Source: Salinispira sp.
Lineage (GTDB): Bacteria; Spirochaetota; Spirochaetia; DSM-27196; Salinispiraceae
Reading direction: 5' to 3'
DNA: 64,000 nucleotides
Assembly (NCBI GenBank): GCA_965602015.1
Contig: OZ271918.1
Location: forward strand, 2,688,001-2,752,000
The notes beneath the pieces are model-generated. The model did no database searches, was not told the origin of the DNA, and saw only the letters and a list, made by a program, of their open reading frames with translations. The position numbers and the translations under genes were made by a program. This document shows, piece after piece, positions 46,218 to 55,994 of the stretch (position 1 is its first letter; each line of letters begins with the position of its first letter).

Positions 46218-48958
46218 CGGGGCTTCTCTCCCGCGCGAAGGAACTCCGCAGACAACTCGGCTTATCCGTACCCGTCGATCAGGCCCGATCCGGCGGCGAC
46301 GGGCTTGAAGGGGTGTCTGAGGAAGAACTCGAGAGCATAAACAGGAAAATAGACCAGGTAGCCTCCGCCAACAGGATAAACGTCTCTGGCGACACTTTCC
46401 GCATCGCCGCCGCAAAAAAAGGCCTGGCACTGCCGGTGCTGGTCAATCTGGGCAGCCTACTGGTGCTGGCCGCCGGCGTAGGCCTCATGCTCCTGTTCTT
46501 CCAGCAATCGGAAACAAACCTCGAACGGGAAATCCGTAGTCTGAGCTCGACGGAAGGCCGATTGCTTGAAGTTCTCCGTCAGGAAGCGGAGGCGAACCTT
46601 GCGGCCAAAGAAGCGGAAATCGCCGCCATTCAGGGACAGCTGGCCCGAATTCAAACAGAACGCGACAGTCTTGCCAGGGATTTCGAGCAGCGCATCGCGG
46701 ACCGGGAGACCCAGCTGCGCTCGGCTTTGGAGGCCGAACTGGAGGTCGAGCGCCAGAGGCTTCGGGAACAGGGCTTGAGCCCCGCCGAGGTTGAAGCGGA
46801 GATCGCCCGTTTGCGGGCCGAGAAAGAGACCGCCCTGGCCCAGGCCCTGGCCCAATACCGCAGCGATCTTCAAACTGAACGCGAGCAGGCCGAGGCAGCC
46901 CTCGCCCAGGTCGAAGCCGAAGCCGCGGCCGAACTGGCCGCCGCCAATGCGATACGAACCGAACTTCAAGCCGAGGCCCGTCAGCGGGAAGCCGAACTCC
47001 AGGCTCAGCTCGAAGAAGCGCGGCGGGAAAACCGAGCCGAACTCGAACAGGCCAGCGAGCAGGTCCGGGAGGCCCAGGCGGCCCTGGAACAGCTCAATGC
47101 CCGCCGGGAGCAGGAGCAGGCGCTGGGCTCCCAACTCAGCGGCTTGTACAACCAAATTCGAACCCAGGTCAACGGAGAAAACTATGAGCAGGCCGAAGCC
47201 ACCATCGGCCAGCTTAAGAATTTCCTGAATTCCCCCCAGTTCCTTTCATCCGAGAACCTCGCCCAGCGCCGGGAAACCGAGGTGTTCCTGGCCAACGCCC
47301 TGTCGGAACTGATAACCACCAGCCGCAGAAGGTCGGGAGAAACCGCTTCGCTGGCCCAGACCGCATCCTTGGTTACCCAGATTCGGGAAATGTACGGCGA
47401 AGCCCGGAATCTGGACAGCGCCGGTCAACGGGAGCAGGCCCTCGAACTCTATCGGGAAGCCATCAGCCTGGTCCCGGAAATCTCCCGGGCGTACGAGGAA
47501 GTCCAACTGGAAAACCGGCGGGAGTTCGAGAGCGAAATATCTGAAGCGGTGGCGCAGCGGGAATCCGAGACCTCCCGGAATCTCGAAGAGCAATATCTCG
47601 ATCAATTGAGGCAGCTGGAAGCCCGCCTCACTCAGGAAATCGAACTTGGGCGGCAACGAATTGCCGAGCAGGAAGCGCTTATCAGCCTTCAGAGCACTCA
47701 GCTTTCCGAGAGCCGTGAAACCATTGACGGTCAAATTTCAACAATAGAATCCCAGAACGCCAGCATAACCGGACTTCAGAACCGGGTTGGCAGTCTCGGC
47801 CAGCGGATCGCCGAACTGGAGGGAGAGCTGGAAACCCGGACGGATGATTTACTCGCTCTCCAGGAAGATTATCGCGAACTCGAAGCCCTGGGGAGGGCCA
47901 TCGATAACCAGGCGGAAAACCTGAGCAATGACGTGGCTACCCTGCAGACTCAAATTCTCGCCCGAAATCAGCAGATCGCCGGACAGAACGAAGAAATATC
48001 CGCCCTCGAAGAACAAGTGCGCAGCCTTCAGGCCAGCCTGGATAGCAGCAGGGAAGAACTGTCAGCGGCACAGGCAAATCTTCAGGAGCTCGAGACTGAC
48101 GGAGAGGATGATGAACAGATCATTGCAGAGCTTCGCAGCCTGCTCGGTGCAGCCCGGGATGAGCTCGCCGCCCTCCGGCCGCAAAATCAGGAAAACCTCG
48201 GGCGAATCGCCGACCTTGAAAGCCGGATTGCCGAGCTGGAGTCCGCCGCAGCGGAGGGGGACGCCGCTGCCGACCAGGCGGGGCTCACTGAACTCCAGGA
48301 AGCCGAGCTGGAATCCCTGAGAACCAGAGTTGCCGAGCTTGAAAACCTGGAAAACCAGGTGAGCGCCATCCAGAGCCAGCGCGACGCCGCTCAACAGGAT
48401 CTCGACGAGATAAGAACTCTCCGCGACGATCTGGAGGAACGAATAGCCGCCCTGGAACAGCAGAACCGTGACCTGGATTCCCAGCTCGACGCGGCTACCA
48501 CCGCAGGCTCCAGGATATCCCGGGCGGCTTCCCAGCAGATAGCCGAACTCGAAACCCGCATCGATGTTCTGCAGCGCATCGCCGACAGTTATGATGAGAT
48601 GGTCGCTTCCTACCGGAATTTTCGCAGTGAAGAAGAAAGGCTTCTGGGGGATTCAGGACAGGCCGGAAGCCTGTCGCTGCTCCAGGCCCGAATCGCCCTG
48701 GACCGCTTCCTCGGGCAGGAAGATGTACAGGCGGCGTTTCCCGGAATCTACCAGCGCATCGAAGCGTACAATCAGGCCTTCCAGACTGCCGGGGAGGCTG
48801 AAGTCCTCTTTCTCATGATTGACGAACTGGCGGCGGTGCAGTCATATCCCAGCCCCCGGGCTCAGGCCGAATATGTAAGAGAGCAAATATCTGAAAGCGA
48901 TGATCCCGCCCGGACTGAGCTCTATCAGATTCTCCTGGATATCATCGAGAACCGCTGA
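46214..48958 (+). CDS. Large membrane-anchored coiled-coil protein
   Basis: One TM segment (LPVLVNLGSLLVLAAGVGLMLLFF) followed by about 800 aa of E/Q/A/L/R-rich heptads; ATGA overlap with sbcB. Confidence 0.85.
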   Translation: MTGLLSRAKELRRQLGLSVPVDQARSGGDGLEGVSEEELESINRKIDQVASANRINVSGDTFRIAAAKKGLALPVLVNLGSLLVLAAGVGLMLLFFQQSETNLEREIRSLSSTEGRLLEVLRQEAEANLAAKEAEIAAIQGQLARIQTERDSLARDFEQRIADRETQLRSALEAELEVERQRLREQGLSPAEVEAEIARLRAEKETALAQALAQYRSDLQTEREQAEAALAQVEAEAAAELAAANAIRTELQAEARQREAELQAQLEEARRENRAELEQASEQVREAQAALEQLNARREQEQALGSQLSGLYNQIRTQVNGENYEQAEATIGQLKNFLNSPQFLSSENLAQRRETEVFLANALSELITTSRRRSGETASLAQTASLVTQIREMYGEARNLDSAGQREQALELYREAISLVPEISRAYEEVQLENRREFESEISEAVAQRESETSRNLEEQYLDQLRQLEARLTQEIELGRQRIAEQEALISLQSTQLSESRETIDGQISTIESQNASITGLQNRVGSLGQRIAELEGELETRTDDLLALQEDYRELEALGRAIDNQAENLSNDVATLQTQILARNQQIAGQNEEISALEEQVRSLQASLDSSREELSAAQANLQELETDGEDDEQIIAELRSLLGAARDELAALRPQNQENLGRIADLESRIAELESAAAEGDAAADQAGLTELQEAELESLRTRVAELENLENQVSAIQSQRDAAQQDLDEIRTLRDDLEERIAALEQQNRDLDSQLDAATTAGSRISRAASQQIAELETRIDVLQRIADSYDEMVASYRNFRSEEERLLGDSGQAGSLSLLQARIALDRFLGQEDVQAAFPGIYQRIEAYNQAFQTAGEAEVLFLMIDELAAVQSYPSPRAQAEYVREQISESDDPARTELYQILLDIIENR

Positions 48959-48970
48959 CAACCTTCAGAA

Positions 48971-50326
48971 TCAGTATCCCATTATCTCGAGAAAATCCGC
49001 CGTGGGAATGCTGTAATTGCGGGACTGCAGAACCAGATTGTCTTCATCGCCCCCGGAGAACAGGGCCCGGAAGCTCAGCATGTATATGCCGTCCCGCACA
49101 TCCCGATACTCCCGGAGGAACTCTAACAGGCCTGGGTTCTGTACCAGTCTGGAGGCATCGCCCTCTCGGTAGAACACCCACATTCCCTCGTCGGTGAGGA
49201 ACCACAGGGTGCCGTCGCTTAACACCGTCAGCAGGCGGCCGGGAATCGGGCCTTCATCGTCGGCGATTGCCTCCAAGGAGCTTTCGATCATGCCCCCCGG
49301 GGCTGCCTGCCCGCGGTCCCAGCCGAACGTGGCGTATTCTGCCCTCTCCAGTTCCACTACCGACAGATAACTTCTGGGGACATCGCCGTCGGGTCCCCGG
49401 TGGTACAGTCCCTCCCGGGAATACCGCGGGTTCGTTCCGTCGAACTCATCGAGGCTGAATTCGATCTTGGTTTCGAGAAAGGGCGGGTCCAGGGCAAAGG
49501 ATGCGGCGGCGGGAACCGAAAAATCGAAAGTATACTGTTGCAGGGCTTCGTAGACCGCGCCGTTTCGATAGTAAAACATTAGATAGCCGAAAGAGCCGCT
49601 TTCGGGATCTTCGGCATCGACACCGAGGAGGGCGGCGGAGCTGCCGTCGAATCCTTCCCCGGGATATTCGGCGGCGAATGGAAGAAGGGGCTGGAAAAAC
49701 GTCCAGCGCTGAGCGCCGGCGGGGACGAAGGGCCTCAGGGGTTGATACTGGTCCCCGGAAACAGACGCATCGGAAGCCACCACCGGGGAAACCGCCCATC
49801 CGCCGGTTTCTCCGTCGAAATTACGGCGCACCAGCAGTAAACCGTCTCCCAGTCCCTCCCGTGAAATAGGCACGGCCCCGGTGAATCGCAGACCAAAATC
49901 ACTGCCCTCGCCGGTAATGCCGAAAAAATCCCATTGAGCTCCAAGCCCGCCGTCCAGGAACCCCTGCTCCAGGGTCTGTTCAAACTCATTGATATCATAG
50001 CTGATTTCGAATGGATCTTCCCCGGTGACTTGAAGATTGGCATTGCTCCCGTCGGCTTGAACTATGCGGACCCAGTCAAAACCCTGGGGTATGGTGAGAA
50101 ACAGCTGATTATATCCGGAATACGGCGAATGATAGGTATAAAACGGCTGGTAACCCCGGTTCAAAACTCCCGAGTCCACCCCTCGAAGCACAAAGTTCGA
50201 TTCCAGACTCATTGTATCAATTAAACGGGCCGCATAGCTGACGTCCGGCAGGAAGGGGGGCAGGGAACATGCGGCAAGGGTGAAAAACAGAAGGACCAGG
50301 AAGATACTCCGAATAGTAGTTCTCAT
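48971..50326 (-). CDS. Hypothetical lipoprotein
   Basis: MRTTIRSIFLVLLFFTLAAC lipobox; acidic and aromatic-rich; ATGA overlap with the upstream gene. Confidence 0.75.
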   Translation of the reverse strand: MRTTIRSIFLVLLFFTLAACSLPPFLPDVSYAARLIDTMSLESNFVLRGVDSGVLNRGYQPFYTYHSPYSGYNQLFLTIPQGFDWVRIVQADGSNANLQVTGEDPFEISYDINEFEQTLEQGFLDGGLGAQWDFFGITGEGSDFGLRFTGAVPISREGLGDGLLLVRRNFDGETGGWAVSPVVASDASVSGDQYQPLRPFVPAGAQRWTFFQPLLPFAAEYPGEGFDGSSAALLGVDAEDPESGSFGYLMFYYRNGAVYEALQQYTFDFSVPAAASFALDPPFLETKIEFSLDEFDGTNPRYSREGLYHRGPDGDVPRSYLSVVELERAEYATFGWDRGQAAPGGMIESSLEAIADDEGPIPGRLLTVLSDGTLWFLTDEGMWVFYREGDASRLVQNPGLLEFLREYRDVRDGIYMLSFRALFSGGDEDNLVLQSRNYSIPTADFLEIMGY

Positions 50327-51549
50327 AATCCAAACCTCATGCCCAGGGTCAGAAACGGCGGGCTCAGATACAGCAGTTGCGAAAGGGGAATGACATTCGA
50401 ACCACCGCCGCGGGTGAGAAACTCGCTGAGCTGGGGATCGAATAAAACGAGAAAAGGGAACGCCAGGGCGACATTGAGTTCGCTGTGCCTCCCGATTCGC
50501 CACACAAGTCCGTTTTCCAGCCGGATTTCAAGGGGGAACAGGGGGTCCACCAGCCAGGACTCTTCGGTAAGGATCCGGATAGATCCGTTGAGATCAAGAA
50601 CCGGCTGAATATCCAGGGGCCAAGGGAGGATATCCAGCCGCAGCCCCGCCTGTACCCCCGCACTAAGAAGCGGAATGCTGACAAGCAGGGCATCATCACC
50701 ATCCCTGCGGTCGCCGCTATCATAGGCCTGAATTCCCAGCTGATACGCGACCACATCCAGTCCCAGTCTCAGCCGGTCCTGCAAAAGGAGAACTCCTGCC
50801 CCGAATCGGGGAAATGAAATCATGTGAAGACCGGCGTACAGATACATGACATCCAGAGGCTCCTGGCGGGAGGACAAGTCGATTTGAGCGCTGTTCTGGA
50901 GGAAGAGCTCGGTTTCCTCCGGGAAGTACCCGCTTTTCTCCGCAAAAATGCTGTATGAGGCCGGAACCGCCAACTCGACAATCGCGAAGCCCTCAGCTCC
51001 GATGTCCAGCTTGAGTTCGCTGCCGTCGGGATTCGCAAAGGGTATTCGCAGATTGCTGCCCTCCTGCGCGATGATTCTCAGCCGGGCAGAATCCGTAATG
51101 GGATTGAGCCGGGCATCCAGCTCCTGAATTGCCTCATACCAGAAGCCCGCGAAAAGGTTCCGGTATTGGGGATCAACTTCGCCGTTCACCCTGAACCGTG
51201 ATATTTCGCTGCCCAGCAGGGCATCAAACAGGGTGAAATCCGCGGATAGATCCTGCATCTCACCGGAAAACCTCACCTCGAGAACCGAATCCGCTCCGTT
51301 AAGAACAGCCCGTTGGAACGAATCCAGCTCTCCGGCGGATTCAAGCCGGCGGTCCAGAATAAAATCAACGGACTCCACCTCATTCTGCATGCGCAATAAG
51401 AGGCTTTCCCGAATGACCTGCTGCTGTTCTTCGCTAAAGGATGAATCCCCGTCGAATTCCGAAAGGTAGAGACTGCGCCGGGCTTCCTGTGAGTAGGCGA
51501 AGGCAGCGGCAAAAAGCATGAATACAAAGAACATTCTCCGCACAATCAT
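50323..51549 (-). CDS. Hypothetical exported protein, possible PEGA-like domain plus C-terminal beta-barrel
   Basis: Signal peptide (AFAYSQ); AEKSGYFP PEGA-like motif; alternating hydrophobic strands ending LTLGMRFGL. Confidence 0.7.
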   Translation of the reverse strand: MIVRRMFFVFMLFAAAFAYSQEARRSLYLSEFDGDSSFSEEQQQVIRESLLLRMQNEVESVDFILDRRLESAGELDSFQRAVLNGADSVLEVRFSGEMQDLSADFTLFDALLGSEISRFRVNGEVDPQYRNLFAGFWYEAIQELDARLNPITDSARLRIIAQEGSNLRIPFANPDGSELKLDIGAEGFAIVELAVPASYSIFAEKSGYFPEETELFLQNSAQIDLSSRQEPLDVMYLYAGLHMISFPRFGAGVLLLQDRLRLGLDVVAYQLGIQAYDSGDRRDGDDALLVSIPLLSAGVQAGLRLDILPWPLDIQPVLDLNGSIRILTEESWLVDPLFPLEIRLENGLVWRIGRHSELNVALAFPFLVLFDPQLSEFLTRGGGSNVIPLSQLLYLSPPFLTLGMRFGL

Positions 51550-52934
51550 TCCCACTCCCCTGCACCTATTCCGAGCTGATAGATGCTGTGAGCTGCCCGG
51601 TTGTAGACATACCAGCGGCCGGCGGCCTCGGCGAAGGTGAGAGAGTAATCGCGCAGGAAATCCGGACTGTGAAACATATCCCAGAGCGAGAAAGACGAGA
51701 TTGCATCGATTCCGGTATTTTCGCTGCTCAGAGGCTGGATACCTCCGGGATTCAGACGATAGAGCTCAAGCCGGGCATTAAGGGGCGATAACCAGCCGTT
51801 GTCATCAGCCGGCCAGTTTTGCACGGCAAACAGCTCTCCGTCGAACTGGAATACCGGCAGGTCGCTGTCGATGTCTTGACGGGCGGGGATGACGATGTAC
51901 TCGTATCGATTAATTATGCCGCCGGGCAGATCCCCGGAAACATCATCAGGAAGGCTGTCGGCGGCCTGAAAGGGGAACAGCCCCTGATCCGCCAAATCTC
52001 CGTAGGGGAGAAAAAACATCAGATAGAACAGTTGCTGTCCGCCGGTCGACACGGCTATGACCGGCATAATGCGGTCATTAGCCCGATCGGTAATGACCTC
52101 GGCCAGACGGAAGTCGAAATCAAATCGATCCTCAAAGCCCTCCCATCCCAGCTTGTTAATTTCCAGTTGAGTTACCTGGAGGGGACTGGTAATAAGATGC
52201 ACGCTTCTGGCATCGAAGTCGGCATAATCATCGTAGAGGAAGTTGCTGTCTCCACCGGTTCCGTCGGGAAGCCGGTCTCCGTTCTCGTCCTCGCTGTACA
52301 ACAGGATGAGGCGCAGTTCCTCCTCGGGACCGACCACATGGGGATGGGAGGCCGGCAGCCGTCCGGCAACCACGACGTAGTCCCGATAGCGGGCCTCCGC
52401 GTCGGAATATACCGTCGCATATTGAAAATTTCTGTCCCAACGGCCGGAGAAGCGGTATTCGGGTTCAGCGGCGCCTTCGGTAAATCCCAGGGCGTTGCGG
52501 CCGAGGTCGAGGAAACCGCCGCCGAGTATCCGAAATTCGAAATTTCCCCCGGAGTACACCCAGCTGTCATAGCGGCCGAACACATCGTCCAGGGAGCGGC
52601 TGTCATAAATCAGCTCCAAATCCGGAGTGAAAACCAGTGCTCTTTCGGGTTCGATGGGGCCGCTTTGGTAACTGAGAACAAGGAGCTCGGTATAGCGATC
52701 GGTATTGCGATTAAGAAGGTAGCGGGCAAACCCATCCTCGGGCTGTACGGAGCGGAGTACGACTGACGATTCCTCATATACCTCCGGCAGCCCCTCAATT
52801 CTGCCAAGTTCCGCGCTGCGCTGAACGTAATTTAAGTATCCCGGCATTCCGCCCCGAAGGTTGAAATAGCCGCCGCATGCGGGAACCAGCAGCACAATCA
52901 AAATTACCAAGGCTGACTTATGCAAATTTACCAT
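51546..52934 (-). CDS. Hypothetical lipoprotein
   Basis: MVNLHKSALVILIVLLVPAC lipobox; acidic and aromatic-rich. Confidence 0.75.
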   Translation of the reverse strand: MVNLHKSALVILIVLLVPACGGYFNLRGGMPGYLNYVQRSAELGRIEGLPEVYEESSVVLRSVQPEDGFARYLLNRNTDRYTELLVLSYQSGPIEPERALVFTPDLELIYDSRSLDDVFGRYDSWVYSGGNFEFRILGGGFLDLGRNALGFTEGAAEPEYRFSGRWDRNFQYATVYSDAEARYRDYVVVAGRLPASHPHVVGPEEELRLILLYSEDENGDRLPDGTGGDSNFLYDDYADFDARSVHLITSPLQVTQLEINKLGWEGFEDRFDFDFRLAEVITDRANDRIMPVIAVSTGGQQLFYLMFFLPYGDLADQGLFPFQAADSLPDDVSGDLPGGIINRYEYIVIPARQDIDSDLPVFQFDGELFAVQNWPADDNGWLSPLNARLELYRLNPGGIQPLSSENTGIDAISSFSLWDMFHSPDFLRDYSLTFAEAAGRWYVYNRAAHSIYQLGIGAGEWE

Positions 52935-54265
52935 TTTACCATCACTCCCAGGGTCAGCGGGACCAGCTCGGGCGTCATGCCGAGCCCGTTACTCCAAATG
53001 CGGGGAGAAAACAGAGGCAGATTATAGCGAAGCTCCTGGCGGAGAAAAAATGCGAAATGCGGGTAATTCAGTTCATGGTGCAGGACGATGAGATTGATAT
53101 AACTGTCGACGGCGGTGGCTCCCGTGCTGACCGGGGAAAAGGCAAGGCCGAAGCCCGCGGCATAAGCCAGCCGGTATCGGGATTCCGGGGGGAAAAACAG
53201 GTAATTGCCGTACTCGAGACTGACTTCATCGTGAACCAGGGTGCGCCCCCCCTCGGGCAAATCATCCCTGGGCAAATTGAAGTAGAACTGGTTGGCCAGC
53301 CGCAGATACATTGTGTCGCTTAAAAGATACATCCGCAAAGCGCTTTGAAGGCCCAGGAAAAACCACGGATTATAGGCGAACTCCGTGGCAAAACTGCTTT
53401 TGGGATAGAGGGGACTGAGGGTGACCTGATTAGTCCGGCCGGTAAGGGCGAAGGCCTGGGTGGCGCTATAGTACCCATCGAGGCTTTTCTCAACCTCAAG
53501 CTGCTGGCCTAATGCCAGCGGCTGATAAGGAAGTCTGGCATTGCCGTTTTCAATCCTTCCGATGACGCCGAAACCGGGCATGCTCAGTACCGTCCCTTCG
53601 TCAGTTGAGGCAAAGTCCACGGTGGCCGCGGAGGTCCCCACCAGTATTCCGGGATTCTGCTTCATAAAAAGAATCTGTCCGGCAGCATCGCCGATCTGAT
53701 CCATAATCTCGGTCATCAGCTCCTTCATGCTGGTAAGAAGCAGCAGACCGCTGCGGGCGATCCTCACATCGCCGGCGATGATGCGGTCCGAACGGATATC
53801 GTAGGCCTTCACCATGAGAAATACCCGCCGTTCCTCCAGACGGAAATACACGCTCAAGGCCACATCCCGGTCATCTGCGGCGGCAATATCCACGGGCAGC
53901 CGGGTAAATACATCGTCCCTCCCGCTGCGCTGCATATAGCCGGCCCAGGAATCCGAAGGAACGGCGGTAAAACCCCGTCCGATTACCTCGTTCACCACGA
54001 TATCGTCTATTATTCTCCGGTACTCTTTACTTTCCGCATCGAGGGCGGAATCCGCGTTTTCTCCGCCGTTTTCCCCGTCCATAGGCTCACCGTCGAGATT
54101 CCAGGCGGGGAATACCAGGACTTCAATGTCCCGGGTGTCGGGTTCCGCCGGCGCTTCCAACGGAGCATCGACATCCTGGGCCCACAGTGAGCCGGAAATG
54201 AGAAGCAGAGTCTGGATGAGCAGAAATATCTGCGGAGCTGGGCGTTTGGGAGACATCACTGCCAT
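52928..54265 (-). CDS. Hypothetical exported protein, probable paralogue of 50323-51549
   Basis: Signal peptide (SLWAQ); EKSLDGYY motif; C-terminal strand LTLGVMVKW; start at 54265 or 54256. Confidence 0.7.
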   Translation of the reverse strand: MAVMSPKRPAPQIFLLIQTLLLISGSLWAQDVDAPLEAPAEPDTRDIEVLVFPAWNLDGEPMDGENGGENADSALDAESKEYRRIIDDIVVNEVIGRGFTAVPSDSWAGYMQRSGRDDVFTRLPVDIAAADDRDVALSVYFRLEERRVFLMVKAYDIRSDRIIAGDVRIARSGLLLLTSMKELMTEIMDQIGDAAGQILFMKQNPGILVGTSAATVDFASTDEGTVLSMPGFGVIGRIENGNARLPYQPLALGQQLEVEKSLDGYYSATQAFALTGRTNQVTLSPLYPKSSFATEFAYNPWFFLGLQSALRMYLLSDTMYLRLANQFYFNLPRDDLPEGGRTLVHDEVSLEYGNYLFFPPESRYRLAYAAGFGLAFSPVSTGATAVDSYINLIVLHHELNYPHFAFFLRQELRYNLPLFSPRIWSNGLGMTPELVPLTLGVMVKW

Positions 54266-54279
54266 AGTATAGCGTGAAT

Positions 54280-55938
54280 TTACTTGGTCTTCATGATTTT
54301 TACCCCGTCCCATTGATCGGGAGGCGGGTCTTTTTGAAAGTCGCGGCAGCGCTGTATCATTTCCACGGCGATGTGATCCTCCGGAAGGACGGATCGCACG
54401 GACTCAAAGCCTTCGATGGCCTGGGAGAAATCCTGGGCGTAATAGGCGTCCATCGCCCGGTGATGCAGGTTCCAGGCCCGCTCAGTGGCGGAATCAAGTT
54501 CGCGTTCAACCCCGTAAATGCGAATCCCGCGTTTTTTACCCTTAACCGCGACGGTATCGAGGAGTCTGGTGGGAAAGTTTTCGGATATTTTACGCTGAAG
54601 GCTCTCGGAAATTATCAAATCCTGCCGGTACTCTTTGGTAAGGCCCTCAAGGCGGCTGGCCAGGTTCACCATGTCGCCGATTACCGTATAATCCATTTTT
54701 TTCTCTGCGCCTATATTGCCGACGGTAACAATGCCGTAATTTATTCCGATCCCCGTTAAAAACGGCGGATATCCTTTAGCCTGCTGTTTTGCGTTGAAGG
54801 ACCTCATGGCTTCCACCATATCCAGGCCGGCGCTCACTGACTGGTAAGCATCGTCATCGTGTTTCACCGGAGCGCCGAATATCGCCATAATGGCGTCGCC
54901 GATATATTTATCGACGATTCCCTGATGGTCCATGATGATGTCGACCATCATGGTGAAATAGGTGTTGAGCTGATTCACCAGTTCGCTGGGGTGCATGGAT
55001 TCGGAAATGGTGGTAAACGAACGGATATCCGAGAAAAGGATAGCCAGAACCCGGTCCTCTCCGACCAGCATCGACTCGGGGCTCTGAAAGAACCGGTCTA
55101 TCAGCTCCTGGGGTACGTATTTTTGGAAAATCTGCCGCACCTTTTTCTCTTTGTGCTCCGCAAGGGCTGCATCCCGGGCAAAGCGCTTGATTTCCGTATA
55201 TGCCCGGTCGAGCTCGCCGGTCATGATGTTAAAGGTGTGCGCCAGTGCTCCGGTTTCGTCATCGTATTCTACCGGAACTTTTTTACTCAGGTCGCTGGTG
55301 GTGATAATATCCCTCATGGTGTCCACGACGGTATTTAAGGGCCGAATGAGCCTGGTGGTCACTGTATAAAGTATGACGCTGGTCAGTACGAGCGATGCGA
55401 TGAGCAGATAAATGGTCCGCGTCGTGATCTGATTTATATCCTGAAAGAATGTGGCTCGGCTCTCGGTGACCAGCAGGAACCACTGGAAGGGCTCGAACAC
55501 AAAACCCTTGGCAACCCGGGGAACTCCGGCGATAGTTATCTCGAACAGGGCGTTGTCTTCGGTACCGTAGATATCCGCCAGCCGCTGACTGTCTCCTTCG
55601 GTCAGCAATAGCTCTCCGCTGGTCATCTGGAGCCTGCCTTGGGGATCAACGGCAAAAATCAGTTCAGTGTCGCTGCGAATGATGGAGTCAGCATAGACGC
55701 CTATGCTGCCCTTGGTTGCCTGGATATAGTCATCGGAACGCTGAAGGTCATTTTCCACCAGGAGCTGATACTGGCTGAGCGCATACTTCTCAAGTTCGGC
55801 GACTTTAAAGCCCAGGAAGTCCCTGGCAAGGCGGTTTATTCCCGCAGATGCGAGGAAAAAACTGGAAGCGCCGACTAACAGCACCGACACCGAGATGATT
55901 GGGAAGACGACTGCGATGATTTTTGCCCGAAATTTCAT
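54280..55938 (-). CDS. Membrane-bound class III adenylate cyclase (TM, periplasmic domain, TM, HAMP, cyclase, TPR-like tail)
   Basis: FSDIRSFT, DKYIGDAIM, YTVIGDMVNLASRLE and VKGK motifs; Lys/Thr specificity residues point to ATP. Confidence 0.92.
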   Translation of the reverse strand: MKFRAKIIAVVFPIISVSVLLVGASSFFLASAGINRLARDFLGFKVAELEKYALSQYQLLVENDLQRSDDYIQATKGSIGVYADSIIRSDTELIFAVDPQGRLQMTSGELLLTEGDSQRLADIYGTEDNALFEITIAGVPRVAKGFVFEPFQWFLLVTESRATFFQDINQITTRTIYLLIASLVLTSVILYTVTTRLIRPLNTVVDTMRDIITTSDLSKKVPVEYDDETGALAHTFNIMTGELDRAYTEIKRFARDAALAEHKEKKVRQIFQKYVPQELIDRFFQSPESMLVGEDRVLAILFSDIRSFTTISESMHPSELVNQLNTYFTMMVDIIMDHQGIVDKYIGDAIMAIFGAPVKHDDDAYQSVSAGLDMVEAMRSFNAKQQAKGYPPFLTGIGINYGIVTVGNIGAEKKMDYTVIGDMVNLASRLEGLTKEYRQDLIISESLQRKISENFPTRLLDTVAVKGKKRGIRIYGVERELDSATERAWNLHHRAMDAYYAQDFSQAIEGFESVRSVLPEDHIAVEMIQRCRDFQKDPPPDQWDGVKIMKTK

Positions 55939-55962
55939 TGTGAACCCATGCCCTTCGTTACA

Positions 55963-55989
55963 GTATCGGCGGTGCGCGGAAGATTTTCA
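55963..55989 (-). promoter_or_regulatory. Putative sigma28 promoter upstream of the adenylate cyclase operon
   Basis: TGAA-N15-GCCGATAC, 25 bp upstream of the ATG. Confidence 0.4.
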
Positions 55990-55994
55990 GGGAT

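Noticed and set aside
44700..48958. Nuclease plus SMC-like defence or repair system (SbcCD, Wadjet or Lamassu type)
   Set aside because: The coiled-coil protein has a TM helix and no Walker A/B or ABC signature
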